DNA of 64,000 nucleotides from Podarcis tiliguerta. Taxonomy: Eukaryota. A program made the translations under genes and the position numbers. Numbering within the stretch: position 1 is the first letter of the stretch; every line of letters begins with the position of its first letter. The DNA is taken from the NCBI GenBank assembly GCA_965153285.1, contig OZ229120.1; one strand, written 5' to 3'. Below are positions 25,747 through 38,837 of the stretch, one piece after another. The notes beneath the pieces were generated by a model. It had not been told where the DNA came from. It made no database searches and was given only the letters and a program-made list of their open reading frames with translations.

Positions 25747-26449
25747 ACGGCCTTATTGTCAGTCATTTTAATTTAGGATACAAAAAAACCTCATGCGCTT
25801 ACAATATTTTCTGGTTGCATTTTTAGCAGCAACCAGTGACCCTAGAAGTAAACATTTTGCAGAAATAATTCCCCTACTTGGAAATGCCTCTTTCCCGTGT
25901 TTATACAACAATCAGCACTGTTCAGTTCCATGATCAAAATGTGGACTTTGGGAGCTACCATAATATAAATATTTACTGAGGTCTCCATTCTACATCAGTT
26001 AGGCAGGCTGGACTTTTCTAAAATTCAAAGGAAGTGAACCTTTTATGCAAGGTCACGTTTTGGTGCTCTGGTGTTGAAGCTCCCTTGGCCTTCATTGGTC
26101 CAGTGAGATCATTTGCTTGAGCAACTTTTATTTAGCTTGCATAGGAGAAGCTGCTGTTTGGTTTTTGAATCCAACATATTTACAGGTCATCTTACTTCCC
26201 CCCCCCCCAGCCTTACGGCTAGGTCCAAAGTTTGTCTAGCAAGCCCTGAACTACCTTTGCCGCATTCCACTTGCATGAGTTTTGCATTTGCTCTACAATC
26301 TATACGGTGCTTTCTAACAATTCCATGTGCAGCCATTTATATCTGCCACTAGGCGCAAACCTTCTTCTCTGTTCATGAATTGTAGCATTCCAGACAAAGT
26401 TTTAGATCCAGCAAGAGGGATGTTACATAACCATCTGGGGGATAGTGAA

Positions 26450-27832
26450 ACATCGGCTCTGGATCCATTCCAGTCCGGCTTCCGCGCTGGTCATGGGACC
26501 GAGACGGCTCTGGTCGCCCTAACAGATTATCTCCGCAGGCAGCTGGATCGAGGCGGGTCAGGGCTGCTGATTCTTCTAGACCTGTCAGCAGCCTTCGACA
26601 TGGTCGATCATGAACTCCTGGACCACCGCCTTGCCGATGTGGGGATCCAGGGCACAGTCCTTCAATGGCTGCGCTCGTTTCTCTCTGGTCGGGGACAGAG
26701 GGTGGCGCTTGGGGGGGAATTGTCATCCCGCCACTCCTTGGTGTGTGGAGTGCCCCAGGGTGCGATACACTCCCCAATGCTTTTTAACATCTTTATGCGC
26801 CCCCTCGCCCAGCTTGTCCTGAGTTTTGGGCTGGGCTGCCATCAGTATGCTGATGACACCCAACTCTATCTGTTGGGATCCTGACTCGGCCCCAGACACA
26901 TTGATCAGATGCTTGGAAGCTGTGGCTGGATGGTTACGTGGGAGCCGGTTGAAGTTAAATCCTTCGAAGACAGAGGTCCTCTGGCTGGGACGGGACGATA
27001 TGGGATTGAGGGGGCAACTCCCATCTCTTGCGGGGGTGCAATTAGTGCCAGCACCGTCCGTTAAGAGTTTGGGTGTAATCTTCAATACCTCCCTCTCCAT
27101 GGAGGCGCAGATTGCAGCTATAACAAAGGCGGCATTTTTTCATCTCCGCCAAGCTAAGCAGTTGGCTCCTTACCTCTCTCGCCCTGACCTAGCCACTGTG
27201 ATCCACGCGACGGTCACCTCCAGACTGGATTATTGTAACTCGCTCTACGTGGGGCTGCCCTTGAGACTGACCCAGAAACTCCAGCGGGTGCAGAATGCCG
27301 CGGCGAGACTCCTTACGGGGTCTTCGCTGCGAGATCACATTCACCCCGTGCTATACCAGCTGCACTGGCTCCCGGTGGTGTACAGGATCAGGTTTAAGGT
27401 GCTGGTTTTAACCTTCAAAGCCCTATAGGGCCTAGGACCCTCGTACCTACGGGACTGCCTCTCCTGGTATGCCCCACAGAGGAACTTACGGTCCTCAAAT
27501 AAAAACATAGAGGTTAGGCTGGCCTCAACTAGAGCCAGGGCTTTTTCGGCTGCGGCTCCAACCTGGTGGAACGCTCTGTCACAAGAGACAAGGGCCCTGC
27601 AGGGCTTGACATCTTTCCACAGGGCCTGCAAGACAGAGCTCTTCCACCAGGCCTTTGGTCAGGGTGCAGCCTGACTCCCTCCTTTGGCAATATTTACAAA
27701 ACTTTAGTTTATGGTTGCCATCAATTTTGATTTTAATTAATTTTATAATGTTTTATAATGCTGCACTATTTTAGTGTTGTTAGCCGCCCTGAGCCCGGCT
27801 TTGGCTGGGGAGGGCGGGATATAAATAAAATC

Positions 27833-27875
<43 letters not shown>
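26450..27875 (+). mobile_element. L2-clade LINE, 5'-truncated, with reverse transcriptase domain, C-terminus and (TTA)n tail; frameshifted near 26875
   Basis: Motifs LDPFQSGFR.GHGTETAL, LLDLSAAFD, GVPQG, YADDTQLY, then SRLDYCNSL and LHWLP in a second frame; high CpG content suggests a young copy. Confidence 0.92.
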
Positions 27876-28319
27876 GAGTGCCATTTCCACTGAATACTCA
27901 ATTCATTGAATAGTACAGCATACACTGAGGTTGCAACTTGATGCATTTTGAAATGATGTGTTGGAATTTCGCCACATTGGAGCATCTTTCCATACCGAAT
28001 TTGTGAAGGAAAAACCAACAAGGAAAACCTTGTAGGAAGAGGGGTGATTTTTAGCCCTTTCTTGTTCCATTTGGTGCACATATAAAACTTTTATGATTAT
28101 ACAGTAGTGAGTGTCAGATTGCAATGGGAGTTTGTCAAAATTCTGTTATGAGATTGCTGTGTGATTATGGTGTGTGGCGTTATCACCAGGGCTGAATCAC
28201 AGTGTGACAAATGAAATTTAGGAGTGTAGGATCAGTGGTTCATGTTTCCTCAATGGTTGGGAAATACCAGGGATTCTCTTGAGTGACTTGAACAGGAAAT
28301 ACTATGGAAAGGCAACTCA

Positions 28320-28320
<1 letters not shown>

Positions 28321-28367
<47 letters not shown>

Positions 28368-28389
28368 GGGGGGGAGGGAGGGAGAGACG
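28321..28389. repeat. Compound (CA)n(GA)n(GGGA)n microsatellite
   Basis: Read directly. Confidence 0.95.
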
Positions 28390-30962
28390 GAGGGTCTTTT
28401 TGTGGTGGCAGCCTCATATATATGGAACTTCCTCCCAAGGGACGTAACATCTGATTCTTTCAGTGTTGGCTTTTAAACAGGCCTTAAAAGCAGTTCAGAC
28501 AAAGCAGGATTTTAATTAGGGATTTGCCTGTCGAAAATGGTGTCCGGGAGGAATTTCGGAAAAGCAACTTAACAACTTTGTCAAAAAAAAGCTCCAGATT
28601 TTCACTTTTTGAAATATGGCAACCCTAGTGACAATGCTGAAGTGTAGTCCACTGTTTGTTTTCCTGGCGTGTCGTGAACGTCATTGTCGTGCCAATATTT
28701 ACAAACCAACAATGCTGAAAGACATCACTCATTCAAATGTAAGTTGGAAAACACTAGTGTTGCAATTCATTAAATGCTGGAGAAGGTCATGGGAGCCTAG
28801 GAAAGAACTGAGAGTATAAGTGATGGGTGGGAGGACAGCAGATCCACTCTTTGAGAACAAAGTAAGTTTAGGAATGAAATACAAATTTCCTAGGTGCCAA
28901 GTCTACTTAGGCCTTGCCACTGACAGTCCCAGATCTGCCTAGAATGATAGATCTGATCTCTGGTTATAGTTATATTTGTCTGTTTGTTTGGAGTATGTAT
29001 TTGGAGTTTGACCCCCTCCCCTAAAAAAATCCTGCCAACACTCAGGGTCAGCAATTTGAACTACTCTCAGAAATAGTGAAATTGATTAAAAAAAAAAATG
29101 TGTAATGTAGTTCCAGTGATCTCTTAGTGTTCACCAGCCCTAAATATTCCTCTGTGACAGAAATTCTTCCTACTAATTCCATGTTTAATTAATTGACACA
29201 GTGGCTAATTTTAGAAGCCACACGCATGTCAGCTGTTTGATCATGGATAAAGAATACAATCAGTGTAAGGGATATCAGTAATGAGTGCCCCATGAATCCC
29301 TCAGACATTTCGAATGAAACAGCAAAAAGAAAAAAAGTCTGAACTTTCATAAACGAAGTTTACACTTTTAGTGATCCCTAAGAACTTTTGAAGGCCATAC
29401 AGATTAACTGTGGTTTAAAAAAAAAAAAGCAAGCAGTAGATTTGACTTCAAATGTGAAATAAAACATTGAAATTACTCTGGAATAGTATTTCTGGAAACA
29501 AATGAAAATTTAATTTCACTTCTCTGCACTTTTGGCTCCAGTGATCAATGGCCCTTACAGCAGCTTAGCCAGGGTAGTGATCTGGAATGGTTCCAGTGTT
29601 GGGAATTATATACTAATGGAGCTGCATCAGGTTTCAAAGTTACATTTAGCTTTCATGGACTGAGATTGGATGTCCTGGCTCCTTACTGAATCTCATTTCA
29701 ATGAGCTGTAACAGTTATTAAAGCCTTGGGCATGTCTGCTTTGGCTCCTGCCTGAAGCATGTCCAGTGTCCATGCTATCCAGAATAGGTGCACCTGTCGA
29801 AAGTAGTCAAAATCCACTCTAGTGGATTTTACACTTTGGTAATACCAGGCAGAAAAATGAGTTTCAAATGCCAGGCTGATTGTGTTAGTTATTTTGCATT
29901 CATGTTTTAACCTTTATTTCCCCCCAACTTGGTTGTTTTTAAGGTTACACGAGGTTGTGCAAAAGTGATTGAGTTCGCCCTTACGTACATTGCACATCTC
30001 ACACCGTCACAGGGACAGATGATACTTGTTGTGCAAGCGTATGGTGGGGAAATTGTACCCAGGAGAAATAAGGAATGCCATAATGCGGCTGTGTCAACGC
30101 AACACCTGACAACAACAGATAGAGGGTTACAAGATCAGCAAATACTGAGTCCTCCTCAGTGAAATACAACCCCTGTGGGATTCTCGTATACACTGCTTCT
30201 CATATGACCCATTTGGACTGAATCCAGGCCAGATTCCATTGGATCCCATTGTTCGATTTCCAGAGCTTTTGCTGACCTTCCAATACCAACCTTGACCTGC
30301 AGCTACTAAAATAAAGTACGGCTGGAAAGGCAACCCCCGGGAAGATAATTCTAAAAGGGAGAAACTGCACTTTACTATTGTGAGGGAGGGAAGGCAGCTT
30401 CAAGCCAGGCAATAGCCTTGGCTCGATTCTCCTATCTTCCTTCGCTAAGCCACTCTCTGTCAACCTCTCCACTAAGTATGTTGGAGAACCCTGACAGAAA
30501 TGGGAACTGAAATTGCTGGCATTTGCTTTTTCATCCCCTGTCTGGGATGGAAATCAATCTAATGAAAACTGCCAGTATCCACTGCTGTTGTTTTCAGCCC
30601 ACAAGCAATGTGTAGCCGATTACCTTTTTCTTATTCTTATGTTGACTTTGTATTGAAATGAACGGAGTTGAATTCATAGAACTAATTTTAACACATAGCA
30701 GGCCCGCTGATACCAGAAGGAAGAAGCAGTAGCTCTTTGCACACCTCCAGAGCACCTAGCAAGAGGAGGGAACGGCAGTCCTTGTGTCAAGAAACTAGCA
30801 GATAATCTGCTGTGTCATAAATCAGGTGATGCACAGGCTCCAACAGCATGCCGTTCACTTTTGGGAACTTCTCCAGTATGAACAGGGTGCGGAAACTTTA
30901 GCTGCCCGATATTCCATAATCTCCTCCTACATGATTAGGGAAGCTGTAGCCCTCCAAATAGA

Positions 30963-31292
30963 GGGACACGGGTGGCACTGTGGGTTAAACCACAGAGCCT
31001 GGGACTTGCCGATCAGAAGGTCGGTGGTTCGAATCCCCGTGACGGAGTGAACTTCTGTTGCTCGGTCCCAACTGCTGCCAACCTAGCAGTTCGAAAGCAC
31101 GTCAAAGTGCAAGTAGATAAATAGGTACCACTCCGGCGGGAAGGTAAACAGCGTTTCCGTGCGCTGTTCTGGTTCGGCAGAAGTGGCTTAGTCAAGCTGT
31201 ACGCCGGCACCCTCGGCCAATAAAGCGAGATGAGTGCTGCGACCCCAGAGTCGGCCACAACTGGACCTAATGGTCAGGGGTCCCTTTACCTT
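30963..31292 (+). mobile_element. Sauria SINE nested in a foldback MITE
   Basis: 13-bp TSD TAGCCCTCCAAAT (30947-30959 and 31293-31305); internal deletion of about 20 bp. Confidence 0.92.
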
Positions 31293-31845
31293 TAGCCCTC
31301 CAAATGTTGTTGGACTCCAACTCACATCAGCCCCAGCTGGCTAATCGCAAGGGATGATGGGAGTTGGAGTCCAATGACATCTGGAGGACCACAGATTTCG
31401 CATCCTTTGCTACATCTTCTCTAGGGCTGCCAATTTTTTTATTGACTCTTTCCTGCACCTTCAACCCTTGCTTGCCTAGAATGCACTGTTTTAAACGGAT
31501 GAGGTTTTCCTTGTTGCTATATATCTCAATGCCAAGTAAAGCTTCACCTGCTAGTTTTTGTATGTCTGACTGTATGGTCAGTTAGAAAGCTGCTGCCATG
31601 TGCCAAGATGTGCTGGGATCTAAAGTCTTACCCCACATGTACCCACTCAACTGCTTTGATCTGTGGAATTGGCACTATTATAGTTGCCACATAATGCTCA
31701 TTCCACACTTAAAAGAAATTGATATTTTTGCATGGCAGCACTAAACTTTGGAACTCCCTATTGATATCAGGCAGGCAACTTCACTGAACTCTTTTCAGCA
31801 CCTGCTTAAAACTTTTCTATTTGGGCAGGGCTATCCAGACATGTA

Positions 31846-32213
31846 GGGATGTGGATGGTGCTGTGGTCTAAACCACTGAGCCTAGGGCTTGCTGATTGGA
31901 AGGTCGGCAGTTCGAAACCCCGTGACGGGTGAGCTCCTGTTGCTCGGTCCCTGCTCCTGCCAACCCAGCAATTTGAAAGCATGTCAAAGTGCAATAGATA
32001 AATAGGTACTGCTCTGGTGGGAAGGTAAATGGCGCTTCCGTGCACTGCTCTGGTTTCGCCAAAAGCGGCTTAGTCATGCTGGCCACATGACCCGGAAAAA
32101 CTGTCTGCGGACAAACATCGGCTACCTTGGCTTGTAAAGCGAGATGAGTGCTGCAACCCCAGAGTCGTCTGCGACTGGACTTACCGGTCAGGGGTCCTTT
32201 ACCTTTACCATTT
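31846..32213 (+). mobile_element. Sauria SINE (variant with an internal insertion) nested in an old L2-like 3' fragment
   Basis: 13-bp TSD TATCCAGACATGT (31832-31844 and 32214-32226). Confidence 0.92.
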
Positions 32214-32899
32214 TATCCAGACATGTGTTTTGTTTCTTTTTAGCTAGTGTTGATTTTGATCATCTTCTTAATATTTTAATACCTCTTTTAACCGTTCTCA
32301 CTGGCAATATAAATATTTCATTTTGTTGTTGTGGTTGTTGTAAACTCAATTGGGGGTAGTTGCTGTTTTTACAATCAAGTGGTATATAAATATTGTTAAA
32401 TTAATCAATCAGAAAAGCTTTCCCCAACAAATAGAAAAACAGATAGTGATGTCAATAATAAACCAGATCTTAAAAGACATATATAATATGTGCATATATC
32501 ACAACGTCAAACTATTTTCTAGCACTTACCCATTGTTAATAAGTCTGAACTGTAAAAGGGATGTGAATTAGAGGACATGTGTTTCCTGTTTACAGATTAT
32601 TGGCGATTGCAATGTCCTTTGGGGTCCATCTGGATGAAAAGTATGTACGTGCTTCAGTTTAGCAAACAAAAGCAGTTCGCAAGAAGACGGGGGAAAGAGG
32701 GACAAGTACTGGAGAATTTCAGGTTAAGGGGAAGGTGATCAATCGTTCAGAAGTTCAGGAAGTGGTGGCCCAGGTGACAGCATTCTTTGCAGCAACCCCT
32801 AAGTTGTGGAACTCCTTCCCCACAGAATGGGGTCTGGCACCTTCGTTACACAGCTTCCAGCAAATGCTGGAGGTGAACCACTGCACTCTGCCTTTTGAC

Positions 32900-33239
32900 C
32901 AGTGGCGTAGCGTGGGTTGTCAGCACCTGGGGCAAGGCAAGTAATTTGCGCCCCCTAACCCGGGGCAAGGCAAGTAATTTGTGCCCCCCCCGCTGCACTG
33001 TCCCTCCCCCAGATAGTCCCTCACTCTCTCTCCGCACCGCACCGCACGCCTGGCACCCTCCCCTCCACAGTGGGCGGCGACCCGGCGGCTCGGATCGGAT
33101 TCGCACAGCCAGCACTGCAGTGAGAGAGAGTGAGTGAGCCAGGTAGGGGCAGAGAGCTGCGAGTGCGAGCGCGCCCCCCCCCAGATGTTGCACCCGGTGC
33201 GGCCGGGCCCCCCCCTGCACCCCCCACGCTACGCCACTG
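32900..33239. mobile_element. Young GC-rich hAT-type MITE
   Basis: Perfect 17-bp TIR CAGTGGCGTAGCGTGGG; perfect 8-bp TSD CTTTTGAC; CpGs retained. Confidence 0.93.
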
Positions 33240-34141
33240 CTTTTGACACTTGAGGTGAACGTGCACACCGCCTCATTCATACAAGGTTATATGGCACATT
33301 AGGGTTCTGATGTTTCATGCAATTGCTTCGGGGAGTTGATGTAGGTTGTTTTGCTTATTTTATTAGTCTTTTGTTATACCACTTAATTATTGTTAGCTGC
33401 TTTGGGGATTCTTCCCCCCCACCCCACACTCTGTCCAAAAAAGAAAAAGGAGAGCATATAAATGTTTAAAGAAGTTCTGTCTCTTTTTGTTATTCTAAAT
33501 GCATTCAGCCTTGTTCTGTTCCAAGCTCTTTCTTAGTTCGCAGGATAGTAAAGCTTCACAAAAGGAGTATGTGACTCATTTTTCTCCTTAGCAATATAAT
33601 TCATTGTTAGCTCCTTTGGAGTCTTTAGACCTTCTAGCGCTTAGAATGCTTTCAGAGACACAAAAGCAATTTACAGGGCACAATAAGTGGGAGAGCTTCT
33701 AAATGCTTTAATTGTCTTTGTCTGGATGTGATTTTTTTGTTTCTCATAGTGGCCTGCCTGGAATCCTACCAGTTGATCTTCCTGTAATTTGTAGGGTCAT
33801 TGAGGCCAATGCCAAAAATCTGTGAAGGGGCTGTAAGTGTTCAGGTTAGGTCCTGGGGCTGGACTTTCACTGAGAAAGTATAAATTAGGGAAGAGTATGG
33901 TGCACTCCTTCTCATGCCACAGGATACAAGTCTGCTTTTAAAAAATGTGCTTGAAAAATAATGGCAATCTGGAGGTGAACTAATTTAAAATTTACAAGGT
34001 CAACTACTTTAAAAATCTAAAAATTCTCTTTCAAGTGGTGGTTTCATACCAGTCACTATAGAGCTTAGGGTAGCAGAATGTATTAAGAGGAGCATTATGA
34101 AGAACTGTTGCCAGCCATTTTGTAGCACTTCGTCCTATAAT

Positions 34142-34277
34142 CAAGGCTTCTTCTCAGCAGGAACTCACCAGAACTCAGTTCTGGCGCCTCTCAGGTAAGT
34201 GCCATTGCCATTATAAGAGAACAAAGGAGACGTTCATGGTGAGTTCCAGCACCTCTTTTTCTAGAAAAATAGCACTG
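34142..34277. mobile_element. Short hAT-type MITE
   Basis: Right end AAAAATAGCACTG; TSD CCTATAAT / CCTGTAAT. Confidence 0.65.
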
Positions 34278-35496
34278 CCTGTAATGCTTTATTTTTTCTA
34301 ATCAAGAAGGCATGAGAGAAAGAAGAGAGAAGGTACAAGGGAAATAAGTTTCTGTGGCAGACTTTATGTATGGTCAAAATGTATACAAATAAGTTGGGTT
34401 CCAGCCAAGCCATTGCTTTTCTCATTCTGGCCTTCCTTGAATCAATAACTTTTGATCTTCCTATAATTTGTAAGGTCATGGAGGCTTAGGTTGGGTTCTG
34501 GGGCTGGGCTTTCAATGAAACATACTTGTCTGGTGCTGGCCTAAGCCACCAACATATCTTGTAGCAACGAACACCATAACTTTTGGAGTGGGTCTCCAAA
34601 CTTAAGGGGACTGCAGGTGTATTTTTGAGCCAGAGGAACTGTCATGGGCACCACACCACATTGCAATCTAGTCTACTATCTACAGTAGAATGCTCGTTTC
34701 AAGCCTAATTTTGTCAGGGAGGGGACCCTACAGTCTGTACAGACCCCACAGGGATGGCTGTGTGGGCACCACCCTGGCAACACCAGTAACTGTAGACAAC
34801 ACTGAGCTAGATGAACCAATAATCTGACTTCATACACAATGGCTTCCTATGTTCCTCATTTTTAATGTATATATATATGGGGGGGGGTACTAACTTACTG
34901 ATTAGTAAATCAAAACTAATTCACCAGAGCTTATTGTGCTATTTAGGTTGTAATTTAATGTTATTGTTAATAGGAGGAAAAACAGTGTGCCCTAGATACT
35001 GACTTCAATTAAGGCTGTATGATTTAGTTTCGGCAGCACATTTGCCTTTGATAAGATACTGGTGTGCATTTTTTTCCTTCCTGTTTTTTAGATAATTTTA
35101 CTGTGTGGGTGTTGAAAAGTCTAAAAGCTAAAACACTTATGTTTAGTATAATGCATTCTGCCGAAAGCTTTTGAAAGTGCAAGGCTTCGGCTTCTGGTAG
35201 AAATAGTCTCCTACGAAAACAGATGTATGTATGTAATGTTTTGCAAGGTGTTTTAATAAACAACATTTGATTGCTTTTTGATAAACAGCAATAGTTTCTC
35301 CTGATTATCATCAGAACTAAGATGAGATACAGAAGTAGTGCAAAGATACTATGTTCTACTGGGGAATCTCCATAATGTTGTAGGTCACTTTCAACATACA
35401 TAACACTTAGATATTATAGCAATTAAACCATATATAGATTATTGAAATAAATAAAAGGCTGCAGCTGCATAAAGTAATTGTCATAATGGAGGCTGG

Positions 35497-36252
35497 AATA
35501 TAGACATCTGCTTTACACTGAGTCTGATTAGTGGTCAGTTTAGCTCAGTATTGTCTATAATGTCTAGCTGTAGCTCTCTCCCAAGCTACAGAGAGGAGTC
35601 TTTTTCCAGCCCTACCTGAAGGTGCTGAGAACTGAACCTGGGTCCTTCTGCATGCAAGGAAGGCAGATGCTCCACCACTCAGCCATGACCCTGCCCCATT
35701 GTATCTGCAAGATGAAATCACTGCTCTTCCCTGAATTGAACAGCATGCTAATCCAGTACAACAATATCTGGATGCTTTTGGGGAGGGATATTAGCTCAGT
35801 GCTGGAGCAATGACCTTGTGTGCAGAAGCCCCCAGGTTCAGCAGCCCCTGGCATCTCCAGCTTAAAGGATTAAGTAGCAAGGAAGTTGAAGATGTACTTG
35901 CAGGAAGGGGATTAGAAAACCTGCCCTCCTTGTGGCATATGGTGCAGATCAGTCCCACTAGTCCACTGCTGCTGCAGCCTCCCTCCGTCAAGCAGGTGAG
36001 TGAGCTTCTGTCTCTGCCAGAGATGCTGGACAGTTGCTGTCAGTCGGTGTAGTAGACAATATTAGGCTAGATCAGCTTTCACCAAGCCAATGCCTTCAAG
36101 GTGTTTTGGATTCTGACTCCCACCAGCCCCCACCAGCACAGCCAATGATCAGGGATGGTGGGAGTTGTAGCCCAAAACATTTGGAGGACACCAGCTTGGG
36201 GGAAAGCTGATCAGGGTGGTCAATAGTCTATATGGCAGCTTTTTATGTTCCT
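35497..36252. mobile_element. Head-to-head pair of old tRNA(Ala)-like SINEs; the plus-strand copy is interrupted by a foldback MITE (36073-36209)
   Basis: Mutual similarity and similarity to 3548-3745; MITE ends CAGCTTTC...GAAAGCTG. Confidence 0.55.
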
Positions 36253-38483
36253 GAACTGCTTAGGAGAAGGCCTGTGAAGCGCTACTCCAGATTCATGTCA
36301 TACATATTTTTAACTGCCTTATAAGAGGTCAGAACTGAAAGAAGACACTCTTGGGGGTGAAAATATGATCAACCAAAGGCAAGCCGTTCTGCAATTCCAT
36401 GCAAGTAATGAGGCCCACAAGTCTTTGATATTTTAATTTGATGTTAAAAGCAGACTAATTGCTCTTCTAATTAAAAGGTAGTCTTAAACTCCAGTGGCCG
36501 GAAGTGTGCAGAGGCAGATTTAAGGGGGTGCCACTGGTTTGGGTGCACTGGGTGCGGAGCCTCAGGGGTGCTACCAGAGGTGCCACAACCATGATTTAGA
36601 ATGGAGTGTGAGAGTCAGAGGGGCGCTGAAGTTTGGCATCACACAAGGTGCCTCTGAAATCTGAGAGCCCAAGATCTGCCATTGGAGTGTGCTTTCTGTG
36701 TGTAACCTGGCCTCTCTCCCAGGATGGATCAGAAGCAGGATAATTTGTGCAAAAATAAACAAGGAGATATACTTTTACTTACCATGCATCACTTAAACTT
36801 GTACTGGGTTGTTGTTTTTAAATGGTGTGCCGGGAGAGTACAAAGTTCTGGTTTATGCAGTTGCAAGTACACACAGCCCTGATAAAAGCCCCTGCCCAGT
36901 GGGTCTGGTGCACACAGGACTAGAGGGCACAGAGTTCAGTGCAGTGATTTTACTTCAGGTTTGAGGATGGGGAGAAGTTTGCTGCTTGCATTATCTGTAT
37001 ACTGGACAGAGAGCTTTATCCAGCACTGAAACGTATAGGGCAGCTGCAGCTGTGTTTCCATACACAACAGAGCTCCATGGAGTTTTGGATTTCTGCAGGG
37101 GTGGGCAATCTTAGACCCCTCATGCCTCTCTGTTGGGCCTTCAGGGCTCTCCCCGATCATACCCCTGCCTCCCTCAGCCTCACCCCTCAGCAGCTCTGAT
37201 TTCAGCCTTCTTAAGAGATTTTGCCTGGCCTCGAACTCTGACAATGATTCCTGTTTGCTTGCATGGCGGAGGGAGATTTGTGTGAGAGTGGGGGGAGAAG
37301 GTGACATTTATGGTGGTTGTTCTGCCCACTTGCCCATTGGTTCTACTCACTAGCTCATGGAAGTTTTCTGGAAACTGGAGGCTGAGATAAGTTTTCTGTC
37401 CCTGGGTTTTAGTGCAAAGCACTATAGTACAATAACAAAATAGCAGGTTCTATTTTGGGAGATTCTCTTCCCACCCCCCGTTTCTCCCAAGTGTACTTGT
37501 TTGTCTAGTATACTTCTTGAAGGACATTGCCTGCCTACACAGAAATTCCTCTTGCAACGGTATTATTACTCTAATTTGCATGATCCATGCAGCAGAAAGA
37601 AGCTACACTTGTCAGGAGAAGAATCGTTATACCATCTCACTCAGCCTATTATTAATAGACAACAGAGCAGATAAATAACAGAGTTTCAAGAGTCTAACTT
37701 AAAAAAAACACACACAACTTAAACTGGGGTTTTCAAGAAATAAAATCAATGGATAAGTTTTAAAATTTCTGAAGAAATTGTCATTGCATCCATTTTGGCT
37801 TTCTGACCTATTTGGATAAGGGCCAACAAAGTGAAGCTGAATCCCCACAAGATGGAGGTCCTGTTAATTGGTGGTTACCATGCATTTGGTAAGCCGCTTG
37901 TTTTAGCTGAGACTGCATACTCTGGATTCCACCTTGTTGCTGGAAATGCAAGTGATTTCATTGGTTCCTTTCCCTCCCAACCATGGCTTGTTCGCCATCT
38001 ATTGCTGTTCCTGCATAGGAATCTTCTCGTACCGTATTTTAAGTGGGAAATTCCTGGCCGTCCCATCCTCTAAGACTGGGCACTCCATTTCCCCTCTCTT
38101 AGCTTGGAGGCTTTTAGCATTAGCGTATAAACACTTGTACACTCTCTCTCTCTTTTTTAGTGTCTCTGGCTCCAAGGAAGAATAATACATTTAGACCAGA
38201 AGCATGGAACTTCCGACTGGAAGCTCAGAAGTGGCTCTCCACATCTCTCTGTTACTTTCAGACTCTTTTCAGGTCTCACCTCCTCACTAGGCCACACCCT
38301 CTCTTCGCAGGCCACGCCCACAAGCCCACTCCATGCCCTCTTCAATGGCTTTTGCCTGGGTAGATTGTGTTCCTGAAATGTGATAATGTCTCTTGCTTGC
38401 TAGAATTGAGAGGACTCTGTATGTATGTGTAGAAAACCCTGATTTTGCATAGCTGGGATATAACCTGCTCTAAGAAGGTAAAA

Positions 38484-38837
38484 GGGACACGGGTGGTGCT
38501 GTGAGTTAAACCACAGAGCCTAGGACTTGCTGATCAGAAGGTTGGCGGTTCGAATCCCCGCGACAGGGTGAGCTCCCATTGCTCGGTCCCTGCTTCTGCC
38601 AACCTAGCAGTTCGAAAGCACATCAAGCACAAGTAGATAAATAGGTACCACTCCGGCGGGAAGGTAAACGGCGTTTCTGTGCGTTGCTCTGGTTCGCCAG
38701 AAGCGGCTTAGTCATGATGGCCACATGACCCAGAAGCTGTACGCCGGCTCCCTCGGCCAGTAAAGCGAGATGAGCGCCGCAACCCCAGAGTCAGCCACGA
38801 CTGGGCCTAATGGTCAGTGGTCCCTTTACCTTTTCCT
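38484..38837 (+). mobile_element. Sauria SINE
   Basis: TSD TAAGAAGGTAAAA (38471-38483 and 38838-38850). Confidence 0.93.

Noticed and set aside
26327-27428. Host reverse-transcriptase gene, retron or intact LINE
   Set aside because: 5'-truncated, frameshifted L2 fragment with no endonuclease domain and a typical (TTA)n tail.
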